Counted from the first letter of the stretch, positions 48,874 to 58,991 are shown. The stretch: DNA of 64,000 nt from Bacteroidales bacterium (GCA_965230395.1 CBDDKV010000002.1:1920947-1984946); one strand, 5' to 3'. Notes: generated by a model not told the origin, from the letters alone. Translations and numbers: made by a program.

Positions 48874-49224
48874 GTGGTTTTACCGAAATTTTCATATATG
48901 CTAAAGAAAAATAAGTATCAACATATTCAGGCGTACGTATCTAATTGTGCTGATGACAAAGAGATAAATTTATTAATCTTAGGGTTGTTTTACTTTTCAA
49001 AAAAGCAATATTCAAAGGCAATTGAATTGTTAAACGAATATAAACTGGCAGAATATAGTTTCTTGAAGTACCAGTTAATCGCAGATTGGAAATACGAATT
49101 CTTATCAAATAAACGTGAATATGAAAATGTAATAAATGATTACCAAGTTGCGTGGGATATTGCAAAAAATGAAATAAGTAAAGCTGTTATTAATAACCGA
49201 ATTAAACACATAAAGTATAGATAA
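48874..49224 (+). CDS. hypothetical protein
   Basis: 116 aa, with an alternative ATG at 48898. Its stop overlaps the next start in TAATG at 49222-49226. Confidence 0.55.
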   Translation: MVLPKFSYMLKKNKYQHIQAYVSNCADDKEINLLILGLFYFSKKQYSKAIELLNEYKLAEYSFLKYQLIADWKYEFLSNKREYENVINDYQVAWDIAKNEISKAVINNRIKHIKYR

Positions 49225-49967
49225 TGAAAGGGTTTAAACAAATTGCATTTTTTCTGCTATCAATTAGTTCATTAATCAGTTGTACTTCGACAAGAAAGAT
49301 TCAGAAGAACCTTAATGCCAATAGTTATTCTATGGTATATTTAATGGATTCGGAGATTTCTAATTTTAAAAAGGATATAGGAGTTTCAATTGATTCAATA
49401 AATTATAATGCAGGCATATTGAATGATAGTACTAAAGTTACTAGGGAAAAGGGATGGTTTATACCTTTATTATTTGCTTACATATGGCATTCAGAGAATA
49501 ATTGTATTCAAGGAGAGTCAATGTTTGAAGAAGATTTACCTTGCTTTTTAAGACAATCAATAATTAAAGAAATTAATAGGTCAGGGAGGTTTTATTATTT
49601 TGATACGTTAGAAACAGATTACACTTTAAAATTAGAGATAAATGATATTGGAACAAAAGGTCCATACATTAGTAAAGGGTATGCATACTCACTTGGATTT
49701 TATGATGTGTATTCTTTTTCGGATGTTGCAGGTCCGGCATTCTCACATTTAGATATTACCTATGAGTTAATATTAAATAATCACGTTGTAAAGAGCAATA
49801 CATTTTCTGTTAATAGATTCACAGAACAAATTAACAAATCATACACAACAAGAGCTTTACTGCAGAGGGATTATGCGATAAGTATGGTTGAAGCCACCTC
49901 TAGCAATTTCAAGGAAATAATTAAATTGATTGTAGATGATTTAAATACATATTTTAAAGAAAAGTAG
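49224..49967 (+). CDS. lipoprotein, unknown function
   Basis: It has a lipoprotein signal (MKGFKQIAFFLLSISSLISC) and appears translationally coupled to the preceding ORF. Confidence 0.7.
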   Translation: MKGFKQIAFFLLSISSLISCTSTRKIQKNLNANSYSMVYLMDSEISNFKKDIGVSIDSINYNAGILNDSTKVTREKGWFIPLLFAYIWHSENNCIQGESMFEEDLPCFLRQSIIKEINRSGRFYYFDTLETDYTLKLEINDIGTKGPYISKGYAYSLGFYDVYSFSDVAGPAFSHLDITYELILNNHVVKSNTFSVNRFTEQINKSYTTRALLQRDYAISMVEATSSNFKEIIKLIVDDLNTYFKEK

Positions 49968-49985
49968 ATAAATAAACAATTGTAG

Positions 49986-50449
49986 CAATAAATAGGACTA
50001 AGAGCGGTCTGCACGTCCCGGTTGAACTGCATCCAGGTTACAACAACCCTATTCGTATTTTACTAAACGATATTGTTGTAGGAAGATTGACCTGGGCAAC
50101 GTAAGTGGGTTGCTGAGTGGAACAGAAACCGGGACTTCAGACTGAAGCATTTCAAAAAGCAGGTTCGAAGCAATACTTTCCGGCCTTATAAACTAACATT
50201 AAACAGGAGTTGCAAAAAAATAACGCAAATAAGGCAGACCGGTTTTGAAGGAAATAAAAAAAACATACATTAGGTACGTTTAATAAAACACAGAAGGCAT
50301 CAACAGCCGATTATGAGCATTTGCCAATTTATTACAAATGCTAAGTGAGCTTATGTGTTAGATTACCATAAGACATTAACAAAATTCTACTTTGAAATGT
50401 ATAGAAGAAATATCATAACCTTTTTTAAAAGTTATGCTATTTTGCTGTT
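49986..50449 (+). repeat. noncoding module A (recombinase-relic-like + attI-like terminus)
   Basis: By eye, about nine in ten positions are identical to 60843-61316 and, over its 3' 347 nt, to 58986-59332. It ends in ...CCTTTTTTAAAAGTTATGCTATTTTGCTG|TTAGGCAC. Confidence 0.85.
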
Positions 50450-50531
50450 AGGCACAAGCGGAGGAGCGACTGTACAAATAATGATTCTAAACCGATAAAA
50501 AAGACAGAATAACATGATAGCCAACGCGCAA

Positions 50532-50591
50532 AGCAAGAGTGTTCAGCCCTTCCCTCAACCGTCCCTTCGCTTCCACACTCTTGCTTTTTTT
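50532..50591 (+). terminator. terminator-like hairpin in the leader of the giant cassette ORF
   Basis: AGCAAGAGTGT (50532-50542) pairs with ACACTCTTGCT (50575-50585) across a 32-nt loop and is followed by T7. It lies 65 nt upstream of the ATG at 50657. Confidence 0.4.
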
Positions 50592-50656
50592 GCCGACGCA
50601 CACGCTTAGGGGATATTGATTTTAGAATTGTCTGAAAAGAAAAAACAAATATTTTT

Positions 50657-53600
50657 ATGGAATCGGACAAAAAATTGCACCCTGATAGAGAAATGAAAAA
50701 TAAAATGGATTTAATATCTCACAAACAAAAGGCAGTAATCCTGATAATAACATTGCTTTTTTCACTCAATTCTTACAGCCAGAAATTAATAGAAAGTCGA
50801 CAAACGAGTTATTACACCTACATTTATAAGATAACTAAAAAGGAAGCTGAAAAGATTTACAAAAAAGATATTTGGAAAGTTGACACCTCCTTTTTTCACA
50901 CATTGGTTGATTCATTTCCAACAGATAGTCAATATTATGGAAGACTTCAACAAGGACACTATTTAAAAACCTTTGCTGAAAAAGAGAAACAAAAACTTTC
51001 AATAACAACTATTCAGGATTTTGATGTTTTTATTTTTAACAACAACACTGATTTATGTGTACAGGTGTTTGATTTAAAAGGAAACCTTATAGAGGATGCT
51101 GAAGTTACTATTCGACTGAAAAACCTTCGTTTCAATAAAAAAACACAGTCCTACCTTGATAAAAAATCAAATCAAAAAGGATTGTTAAAGGTTACATATA
51201 AAGGTTTTACAGCCTATTACAATCTATCCAGACAATATAACAACTCTTTTATTAAGCGAGGAACACGAAAGGTTGTTTATGGAACTCCTATAAAATATGT
51301 TTGGATGCCAGTAAACTTTGTAATATTTCTTCCAATAGATGGAGTAAAATCAATTGTAAAAGGTTGGCCTCAAGGCACTATTTATAGAACCAAGAATTTC
51401 TTTGTTAAGTCCTTCAACAAAATTGCTTGTATGTTCGATGATTACTATTGCGATTATTACACAAATAAAAAATTCAGGAATAAGCATACTGGTTACATGG
51501 TATTCAATAAACCGAAGTACATGCCCGGTGATACGGTGAAATTTAAAGCCTATTTATTAACGAAAAAGGGAAATCCAATAGATGAAAATGTTCATGTTAT
51601 TTTGCAAAACAGCAGAAAAGATATTGAATTAACCGAATTAGCGCCATATAGAAGTGGAGGTTATAATTACGAATTTTATTTGCATGATTCACTTCAGCTA
51701 CAACTTGACCGGAATTATACAATTCGCATAGAACTTAACGATAGAAAAGAATATATAAACGGTTCTTTTAAATATGAAGATTACGAATTATCAAAGAATC
51801 AACTTTCATTGAGAGTTGATAAAAAGGAACATTTTCGAAATAAAAAAATTACTCTTTATGCCAAAGGTACAGATGAAAATGATTTAAACCTGATGGATGC
51901 ACGGATTGAAGTATTATTGACTCCAAAATCAATAAATAAATATTTTGAGAACCATGTGTTCATTCCTGATACTTTACTCTTCCATAAAAAGAAGCTTAAT
52001 CCGACCGATGAAACCGAAATAGTATTATCAGATTCAACGTTTCCTAAAGCAAACTTCGAATATACAATAACTGTTAGGTTGCTAACTTCTGACAATGAAT
52101 CTATTTCCGAAAATGAAGAGATTTCATACTTCTACGAATCAGAAAAATTCGATATTAAAGTAAAAACTGATTCCATCCATTTTGAATATTTAAAAAATGG
52201 CGAAAAAGAATCAAAAGAGGTAACTATAAATTCACAAGACAATTTTGGAAATAAAACTCCAGTTTATAATGGGATTACACCCTGTAGCATCGAATTAAAC
52301 CCTTACTTTTCTTCTTATACAATTCAAACAGATTCAATTTCAGAAACCATAAATATTTCAGAAGAATCATCTTTAATACAATGCTTTTCAGAAAGAACAT
52401 CAGATTCAGTTTACATTGTTGTTAATAATCCTCGTAAGATTCCATTTATCTACAATATTTACAAAAAGAATAGCCAACAAGCATCTGGCTACACCGATTC
52501 TTTGGATATTCGTAAAAAAACATCTTCCAAGCAAAATTATTTTGTGTCAATTCGTTACTTATGGGGCGGTCAAGTTAAGGAAGAAAATTTCAGAATACCT
52601 TTAATTGACAAAAAGCTTAATATTTCCGTTACTCAACCTAAAATTGTTTACCCCGGACAAAAATCAAGAATTGACATTCTGGTTACAGATACCGAAGGAA
52701 AGCCAGTTGAAGGAGTTGATTTAACCGCATTTTCATTAACAAAGAAGTTTGATTATACTGCTCCTGAACTGTCATATCTGGGGAAATCAAAGAAAAACAA
52801 AAGCGTCATAAATAATTTCAATTTTAAAAACTTCAATCTAAATACCCATTCTGGTTTGCAGTTAGACTATGATGCATGGAAAATTATAGCAGGTATTGAT
52901 TCTATTGAATATTATAGATTTATTTATCCGAAAAACTCCATTTATTGTTTTGAATATAAAACAATTGATTCAATAACACAGTTTGCTCCTTTTGTTATTT
53001 CAGATGGTGCAATTCAACCAGTTCATGTTATTTATGTGGATAATAAGCCAGTTTATTTTAGTTGGTCTACAAATACCCGTCCCTATTCATTTAATATTGA
53101 TAGTGGCTATCATCAAATAAAACTCAGAACTAATTTCAGGGAAATTACAATTGACAGTTTGCATTTTGAAGAAGGTAAAAAGTTAATTCTTAGCTTAGAG
53201 CAGGATGCAAAAAATGCTAATATTAAAATAAATAAGGTTGAAGCAAAACTAAGTGATTTTGAAAAACGACTTCTTTATAAATATATCGTTCCTTATAGGG
53301 ATAATTTCGGAGAACAATATGCTTATATAGAACAAAACGAAAATATTCAATTACTTACTCCTGAATCAAAATATCAAAGAAATAACTATGCCGGGCCTCT
53401 GGTTGGTAATTTAACTTTTCAACTTGTAGACAGTTTTTCGACTACAATTAATCATGAACCGTTTTTTGAATATGAGTTTTTACCTGAACTTTTAAAAATG
53501 CGTAGTATTGATTCTAAAAGATTTCCGGAATACTTATATAGCTATAAAGCAAACAATACTTTAAATGATGCTGTGCTAACCAAACAAGTTGTAGAAAAAC

Positions 53601-56600
53601 AATGGAGGGATTATTTAGACTCAAAAAGATATCTTACTGCCAGATACAGATATCCTAATTCTACAAGTCATGGAGCTGGTAAACTATTAATTAATTTTAA
53701 GAGGAATGATGAGCTAATTAAAGATATTCCTTTGAATGTTTTGATTTTTAGATATGATAATCATCAATTTCTGAGAGTTTATCCGGGCAATAGTTCATTT
53801 ATACATGAATTGCAAAAAGGTTATCACAAATTAATATTCTTTTATTTAGGAGCGAAATACCATATTGAAGATTCAATACTTATTCAACCGAATGGATTGA
53901 ACTATTATGAGTTTGAACAACCAGTTTCATATAAGAAAGATACTTTTAGTCTGTACGTAAGCAATGTTATTGAAGAAATGCTTTTCAAACCAAATCCATA
54001 TTATGAAAATGAAGAAAAAGAATTGAAGCAAATTTATAATATGTATCAGCAACAGTTTAAATATACTGGTGTTGGTGATATTGTTGAAGGGTATGTTTAT
54101 GAAGAGGAAGCTGGTGTACCTCTACCTGGTGTTACTGTTCTAATAAAAGGCACAACATATGGAACAGTTACAAATTTAGATGGATATTATTCAATTAAAG
54201 TACCACGCGGAAATAGTGTTTTAGAGTTTTCTTTTATAGGTTATGAAAGTCAAGAAGTAATTGTTAATGGTCAAAATACAATTAATGTTACTTTTACTCC
54301 AGAACTTCTTATGATGCAGGAACTTCAAGAAGTCGTTGTTGTTGGCTATGGAACAACAAGGAGAGCTGATTTAACAGCATCAATTACAACTGTAACTACA
54401 AGTAGTCTATTAGGAGGTATGCCCGGAGTAAGTGGGAATGTTTCGGAAAGTTTGCAAGGGAGAGTTGCTGGTGTTTCTATTTCATCCAATAGCGGAGCTC
54501 CTGGGAGTGGTGTAGAAATAAGAATAAGAGGTGCTTCAACTATTGAGTTTGATAAACCCCCTCTTTATATCATCAATGGAAATGTTTATACTGGAGATAT
54601 TTCTGAGTTAGACCCAGCAATTATTCAAAATATTGAAATTTTAAAAGATGCAAGTGCCACAGCAATTTACGGTTCAAGAGGGGCAAATGGGGTTGTTATA
54701 ATTGAAACGGAAGCTGGAGCTTTTAAAACTACTGAAGCTTCACTTAAAGGTGCTGAATATGATGAGACATTTTTGGAAGCGGCAAGCCAGTCAAGCTCTA
54801 TTCGCGATAATTTTTCAGATTATGCATTTTGGCAACCAAATTTAATAACGGATAAAGAAGGGAAAACAGGATTTGATGTCATTTTCCCCGATGACGTTAC
54901 CAGTTGGGAAACATTCTATTTTGCTATGAATGATAATAGACAGTCTGGACAATCAGAGGGACTTATAAAATCTTATAAACCACTTATGGCTCAACTTGCA
55001 GTTCCCAGATTTTTGGTGCAAAGTGATACTTCATATGCAATTGGTAAAGTTCTAAACTACACTCCCGATTCAGTTAAAGTTGAAACAAAATTTGAAGTTG
55101 ATGGTAAAGAAATGCTAAATACTTCAAGATTTTGTAATAACTCATTGATTGATACGCTATCATTTTTTGCTTCGACTGATTCTGTAGAATTAAAATATTT
55201 TCTTGAGACTAATGACAATTATTTTGATGGTGAACAAAGAAACATTCCCGTTTTTTCAAAAGGACTTGAAACAACTAAAGGTAATTTTTATGTGCTTGAT
55301 AAAGATACAACTATTCAGTTGCGGTTTGATTCTACATTAGGTACTGTAAATCTTTATGCCTGGGCAGATATTCTTGATGTTATTGAAGATGAAATTAGCC
55401 ATTTGATTAAATATAAATATTCTTGTAATGAACAAATTGCATCAAAATTGAAAGCTCTGCTGGCAGAAAAGAATATTGCATATTACAAGGGTGAAAAATT
55501 CAAAAATGATAATGAGGTTGAAAAACTAATCAGGTTATTGAAGAAAAATCAAAAAGATAATGGTTTATGGGGTTGGTGGAAAAATTCAGATGAAAGTTTG
55601 TGGATTAGTTTACACATATTAGAAGCCATTACACATGCTGAACAACTTGGTTATAGAACCTCGATAAATAAAAATCAGATTACGGAATTACTAATATGGG
55701 AGTTAGAAAGTTCTCGTGATTTCTATGAGAAAATACGAATACTAAAAATTCTGAATCTTTTAGGGTCTCAAATAAATAATCAACCCTATATTACTGATTT
55801 GGAAAGAACTAAGAATATTTCATTAAATGGGCTACTTAGTATAATTGAGTTGAAACAACAATGTGGTATTGATTACAATTTAGATACGCTGGATTATTAT
55901 AAAAAAACAACCTTATTTGGAAACACTTACTTTTCAGATGAAACTAAGGCGACTAACTTATTAAATAACGATATTCAAAATTCATTACTTGCATATAAAA
56001 TTATTAAAGCCGATTCAATAACAGATAGTCAAGGATTAAACGAGCTTCAAAATTATTTTCTTGAAAACAGAAAAAATGGATATTGGAGAAACACTTTTGA
56101 ATCAGCCCAAATCATAGAAACAATATTGCCCGATTTATTAAAAGGTCAATCTGAATTAAGTAAACCTGAATTGTCATTAAAAGGCGATATTAACAGGACT
56201 ATTTCTGAATTTCCTTTTGAAATGAATATTAATTCAACTCAAAAGATTGAAGTGTCAAAAACAGGAGACTTTCCAGTTTATTTAACATCCTACCAAAGAT
56301 ATTGGGATAATAATCCAACATTAAAAATGGAGGACTTTGAAATTTCTACAAGTATTAATAATAAAGCAACAACCATTTTAACTGCTGGTCAAGAGACTAA
56401 ACTAATCACAAAAGTAACTGTTAAAAAAGACGCTGAATATGTAATGATAAACATTCCAATTCCTGGAGGCTGTTCGTATACTGATAAGAAGAATAATTTA
56501 CGAAATGAATCACATAGAGAATATTTTAAGAATGAAACAACAATCTTCTGTGATTATTTATCTAAGGGTGAATATACTTTTGAGATTGAATTGATAACTA

Positions 56601-56701
56601 GGTATTCCGGGACATATACAATTAATCCTGCAAAGATTGAGTTAATGTACTTCCCAACTTTTAATGCAAATAATGAGATAAAAACGATTAAGATAAAATG
56701 A
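50657..56701 (+). CDS. giant secreted alpha-2-macroglobulin-like protein with embedded CarboxypepD_reg + TonB-plug segment
   Basis: 2014 aa. A signal peptide follows the alternative ATG at 50693. An MG2-like block is present (KYMPGDTVKFKAYLLTKKGNP). A SusC-type segment spans ~54070-54710 (GVTVLIKGTTYGTVTNLDGYYSIKV; VVVGYGTTRRADLTASITTV; LQGRVAGVSI; IEILKDASATAIYGSRGANGVVIIET). An A2M block follows (FWQPNLITDKEGKTGFDVIFPDDVTSWETFYFAM). The thioester-type motif YKYSCNEQIASKL has its Cys codon at 55424. Confidence 0.85.
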   Translation: MESDKKLHPDREMKNKMDLISHKQKAVILIITLLFSLNSYSQKLIESRQTSYYTYIYKITKKEAEKIYKKDIWKVDTSFFHTLVDSFPTDSQYYGRLQQGHYLKTFAEKEKQKLSITTIQDFDVFIFNNNTDLCVQVFDLKGNLIEDAEVTIRLKNLRFNKKTQSYLDKKSNQKGLLKVTYKGFTAYYNLSRQYNNSFIKRGTRKVVYGTPIKYVWMPVNFVIFLPIDGVKSIVKGWPQGTIYRTKNFFVKSFNKIACMFDDYYCDYYTNKKFRNKHTGYMVFNKPKYMPGDTVKFKAYLLTKKGNPIDENVHVILQNSRKDIELTELAPYRSGGYNYEFYLHDSLQLQLDRNYTIRIELNDRKEYINGSFKYEDYELSKNQLSLRVDKKEHFRNKKITLYAKGTDENDLNLMDARIEVLLTPKSINKYFENHVFIPDTLLFHKKKLNPTDETEIVLSDSTFPKANFEYTITVRLLTSDNESISENEEISYFYESEKFDIKVKTDSIHFEYLKNGEKESKEVTINSQDNFGNKTPVYNGITPCSIELNPYFSSYTIQTDSISETINISEESSLIQCFSERTSDSVYIVVNNPRKIPFIYNIYKKNSQQASGYTDSLDIRKKTSSKQNYFVSIRYLWGGQVKEENFRIPLIDKKLNISVTQPKIVYPGQKSRIDILVTDTEGKPVEGVDLTAFSLTKKFDYTAPELSYLGKSKKNKSVINNFNFKNFNLNTHSGLQLDYDAWKIIAGIDSIEYYRFIYPKNSIYCFEYKTIDSITQFAPFVISDGAIQPVHVIYVDNKPVYFSWSTNTRPYSFNIDSGYHQIKLRTNFREITIDSLHFEEGKKLILSLEQDAKNANIKINKVEAKLSDFEKRLLYKYIVPYRDNFGEQYAYIEQNENIQLLTPESKYQRNNYAGPLVGNLTFQLVDSFSTTINHEPFFEYEFLPELLKMRSIDSKRFPEYLYSYKANNTLNDAVLTKQVVEKQWRDYLDSKRYLTARYRYPNSTSHGAGKLLINFKRNDELIKDIPLNVLIFRYDNHQFLRVYPGNSSFIHELQKGYHKLIFFYLGAKYHIEDSILIQPNGLNYYEFEQPVSYKKDTFSLYVSNVIEEMLFKPNPYYENEEKELKQIYNMYQQQFKYTGVGDIVEGYVYEEEAGVPLPGVTVLIKGTTYGTVTNLDGYYSIKVPRGNSVLEFSFIGYESQEVIVNGQNTINVTFTPELLMMQELQEVVVVGYGTTRRADLTASITTVTTSSLLGGMPGVSGNVSESLQGRVAGVSISSNSGAPGSGVEIRIRGASTIEFDKPPLYIINGNVYTGDISELDPAIIQNIEILKDASATAIYGSRGANGVVIIETEAGAFKTTEASLKGAEYDETFLEAASQSSSIRDNFSDYAFWQPNLITDKEGKTGFDVIFPDDVTSWETFYFAMNDNRQSGQSEGLIKSYKPLMAQLAVPRFLVQSDTSYAIGKVLNYTPDSVKVETKFEVDGKEMLNTSRFCNNSLIDTLSFFASTDSVELKYFLETNDNYFDGEQRNIPVFSKGLETTKGNFYVLDKDTTIQLRFDSTLGTVNLYAWADILDVIEDEISHLIKYKYSCNEQIASKLKALLAEKNIAYYKGEKFKNDNEVEKLIRLLKKNQKDNGLWGWWKNSDESLWISLHILEAITHAEQLGYRTSINKNQITELLIWELESSRDFYEKIRILKILNLLGSQINNQPYITDLERTKNISLNGLLSIIELKQQCGIDYNLDTLDYYKKTTLFGNTYFSDETKATNLLNNDIQNSLLAYKIIKADSITDSQGLNELQNYFLENRKNGYWRNTFESAQIIETILPDLLKGQSELSKPELSLKGDINRTISEFPFEMNINSTQKIEVSKTGDFPVYLTSYQRYWDNNPTLKMEDFEISTSINNKATTILTAGQETKLITKVTVKKDAEYVMINIPIPGGCSYTDKKNNLRNESHREYFKNETTIFCDYLSKGEYTFEIELITRYSGTYTINPAKIELMYFPTFNANNEIKTIKIK

Positions 56702-56866
56702 TTGCAACCCACACCGTCCCTTCGCTGCAAGGCACATTGGCAAAACGCACAAAGCCAACACTTCAACCAAATTTTGCCAAAGAGCCTTTTCGCCCGTCCT
56801 GCTCCAACGCAGGACAGAGAGACAGTGCAAACTTGATAGGTATATTGATTGAGATAATAACCGCCA

Positions 56867-57002
56867 GTGCCTGACAGGCGGTCATAAAACATAGTGCGGA
56901 AAGTGGTATATTTGAGCAACATAACATTTAATCAACGGCAGCAACGGTCTGATAAGTCGGTGCTTCGAAACGCGCTACGTTTCATACCGCCAAACGTAGT
57001 AA
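56867..57002 (+). repeat. attC-like site, long type (S2)
   Basis: The first box GTGCCTGAC pairs with the cassette start GTTAGGCAC (50447-50455) at 8/9 plus one G-T. The arms are GGCGGTCATAAAACATAGTGCG and CGCGCTACGTTTCATACCGCC. The motif TGATAAGTCGGTGCTTCGAAAC is present. The junction G|TAG is at 56996. Confidence 0.75.
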
Positions 57003-57031
57003 CGCATTTTGGCAGACCGTGAAATAATAAA

Positions 57032-57778
57032 TTGATTCATAAAATGATAAATAGAATTTTGCAGATAATAATATGCTTGACAATGATTTCATGTTCAAGC
57101 CCAAATAAAAATAATGACATGAGTGTTTTCAAAAAGCTATTCGGAAAGAAAGAGGTTAAAAAGGAATTTACACAAGAAGAATTAGATAAGGATTATGAAT
57201 TAAAAATGGCTGGATTGGAAGCTGTTTTAGGAAAGTCTCATGGATTAGTAGGACATGCGATAATTCCATTTGATATTGGTGGAGCAGTTGATATGTATTA
57301 TTTTCCGAACGGAATCAAAGGTACTGGATTTGCTACAATGGAGCTATTACAACCCGATGGAAAAGGACCGATTCCGAATAAATTAGGAACTTATGAGATG
57401 GTTGCCTTTACAAAACTTGATTATGTTCAAGATACGACCGAGACAAATCCTTTTAATTTAATCGAAAGAAAGATTTGTGGGATTTTTACAGGGATTGGCA
57501 ATTATTCGTTTCAAGCAAAACTTGAGCCTTTAGAGACGATAGAACTACCACAAAAAGAGGGAGAACCAAATCTGTGCTTGATACTTGATGACTACAAGAT
57601 TGAAAATAAGGAATTTAAAATTGGTGATAGGAAACATGGATTGCTTTTAGTTATGGAAGTACATCGAGCTGAAATGGAATATGCAATGGAAAATGGCACT
57701 GGTAAACTGATTGATAAACTGAAAGCAAATGGATTTTATCCTTATTCTGATATGGGTAGAAAGTCTGTGATAGAGTAA
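57032..57778 (+). CDS. SUFU-like (suppressor-of-fused family) protein, tentative
   Basis: VGHAIIPFDIGGAVDMYYFPNGIKGTGFATMELLQP...LGTYEMVAFTK resembles bacterial SUFU-domain proteins. The ATG at 57119 (MSVFKKLFGKKE) is a plausible true start. Confidence 0.5.
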   Translation: MIHKMINRILQIIICLTMISCSSPNKNNDMSVFKKLFGKKEVKKEFTQEELDKDYELKMAGLEAVLGKSHGLVGHAIIPFDIGGAVDMYYFPNGIKGTGFATMELLQPDGKGPIPNKLGTYEMVAFTKLDYVQDTTETNPFNLIERKICGIFTGIGNYSFQAKLEPLETIELPQKEGEPNLCLILDDYKIENKEFKIGDRKHGLLLVMEVHRAEMEYAMENGTGKLIDKLKANGFYPYSDMGRKSVIE

Positions 57779-57784
57779 AAAACA

Positions 57785-57918
57785 ACGCTACAACAAAAAA
57801 TATACGTAATGCGGGGTGATATGATTAAATTTAAGCTTAATACATTTATTAAACCAAATATTGGTTTGATAGTTTGGAGCTTTGAATTTCCTCGCTACTT
57901 ATATTCAAGTAGTTATCA
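57785..57918 (+). repeat. attC-like site, long type (S5)
   Basis: The left arm is CTACAACAAAAAATATACGTAATGCGGGG and the right arm is CCTCGCTACTTATATTCAAGTAG. The centre ACATTTATTAAACCAAATATTGGTTTGATAGTTTGGAGCTTTGAAT is homologous to S2 and S3. The junction G|TTATC is at 57912. Confidence 0.7.
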
Positions 57919-57951
57919 GTAAGCTAAATTGAGTGATAAAATGAAATATGT

Positions 57952-58866
57952 ATGAAAATAAAAATAGCAACAAGTCAGTTTTCTGTTAGTTCTAATATTC
58001 GAGAGAATAAAAGGAAAATAATTGTTCAGATTAGTGAGGCAAAGAAATCTGGAGCACAACTAATACATTTTCCTGAAGGAAGCTTATCTGGATATGCTGG
58101 AATAGATTTTGACTCATTTAAGGAATTTGACTGGAAAGAATTGAATGTTTCGACACAAGAGATCATCCTAGAAGCAAAGAGCAGAGGGATGTGGATTATA
58201 CTTGGTTCTGCACATAGACTTGAAAATCATAAGCCACATAATTGTTTGTATATAATTGATAGTAAGGGATTTATTGTGGATAGATATGACAAAATGTTCT
58301 GTGCTGGAACTGATAAAGAAAATACCGAAGATTTATTACATTTTTCACCGGGTGATCATTTTACAACATTTGAAGTTTTTGGAATTAAATGCGGGGTTTT
58401 GATTTGCCATGAGTATAGATATCCTGAGTTGTACAGGGAGTATAAGAAAAAGGATGTAGAAATTATGTTTCACTCATATCATGCTGGAAATATGGATGCT
58501 ATACGACAATCCAGTATGGAATCAGAAGTTGGGGAGGAATTTTTCGCTTTCAATAATGGAAGGACAATACCTGAAATTACAATGCCTTCGACAATGATCT
58601 CATATGCTGCAAACAATTACATGTGGATAAGTTGTAGCAATACTTCAGCCCAGGAAAGCTGCTGGGCGAGTATGATAGTCAGACCTGATGGTGTTGTTTC
58701 AGGAAAACTTGATAAAAATAATGATGGAATACTTATCACTGAAATTGACACAGACAAACGATATTATGATTCAACAAAACATTGGAGAAATAGAGCTATG
58801 GATGGACTTTTTCATAGTGGTAGTTTAGTTGATGATAAGAGGTCGAAAAATAGAAATGAAATTTAA
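57952..58866 (+). CDS. carbon-nitrogen hydrolase (nitrilase superfamily) protein
   Basis: Glu, Lys and Cys triad contexts are present: LIHFPEGSLSGY, VDRYDKMF and CGVLICHEYRYPELY. Confidence 0.8.
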   Translation: MKIKIATSQFSVSSNIRENKRKIIVQISEAKKSGAQLIHFPEGSLSGYAGIDFDSFKEFDWKELNVSTQEIILEAKSRGMWIILGSAHRLENHKPHNCLYIIDSKGFIVDRYDKMFCAGTDKENTEDLLHFSPGDHFTTFEVFGIKCGVLICHEYRYPELYREYKKKDVEIMFHSYHAGNMDAIRQSSMESEVGEEFFAFNNGRTIPEITMPSTMISYAANNYMWISCSNTSAQESCWASMIVRPDGVVSGKLDKNNDGILITEIDTDKRYYDSTKHWRNRAMDGLFHSGSLVDDKRSKNRNEI

Positions 58867-58872
58867 AACCGC

Positions 58873-58991
58873 ACACCTGATTTGGCAATTGCCAAGGACT
58901 GGGACAAGAGTTTATTGGTCACAGCAATCAGTGCAAGTTTTTTGTCTGAAGCAAAGCGGGTTTAATTCTTTTAGCCAATAAGTCATAAGTG
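58873..58991 (-). mobile_element. internally deleted relic of IS110-family element #1
   Basis: 58873-58943 matches 42373-42443, the transposase 3' coding region that includes the palindrome TTGGCAATTGCCAA. The relic ends in ...CATAAG|TGG, the same terminus and junction as at 43517-43525. It abuts the nitrilase stop codon, so that cassette has no attC-like site. Confidence 0.55.

Noticed and set aside
50437-50670. 77-aa minus-strand ORF at the module A / giant cassette junction, and 56554-56922 / 56642-56830 minus-strand ORFs at the cassette's 3' end.
   Set aside because: They cross recombination junctions and hairpins and run opposite to the array polarity, with no motifs. I treat them as spurious.
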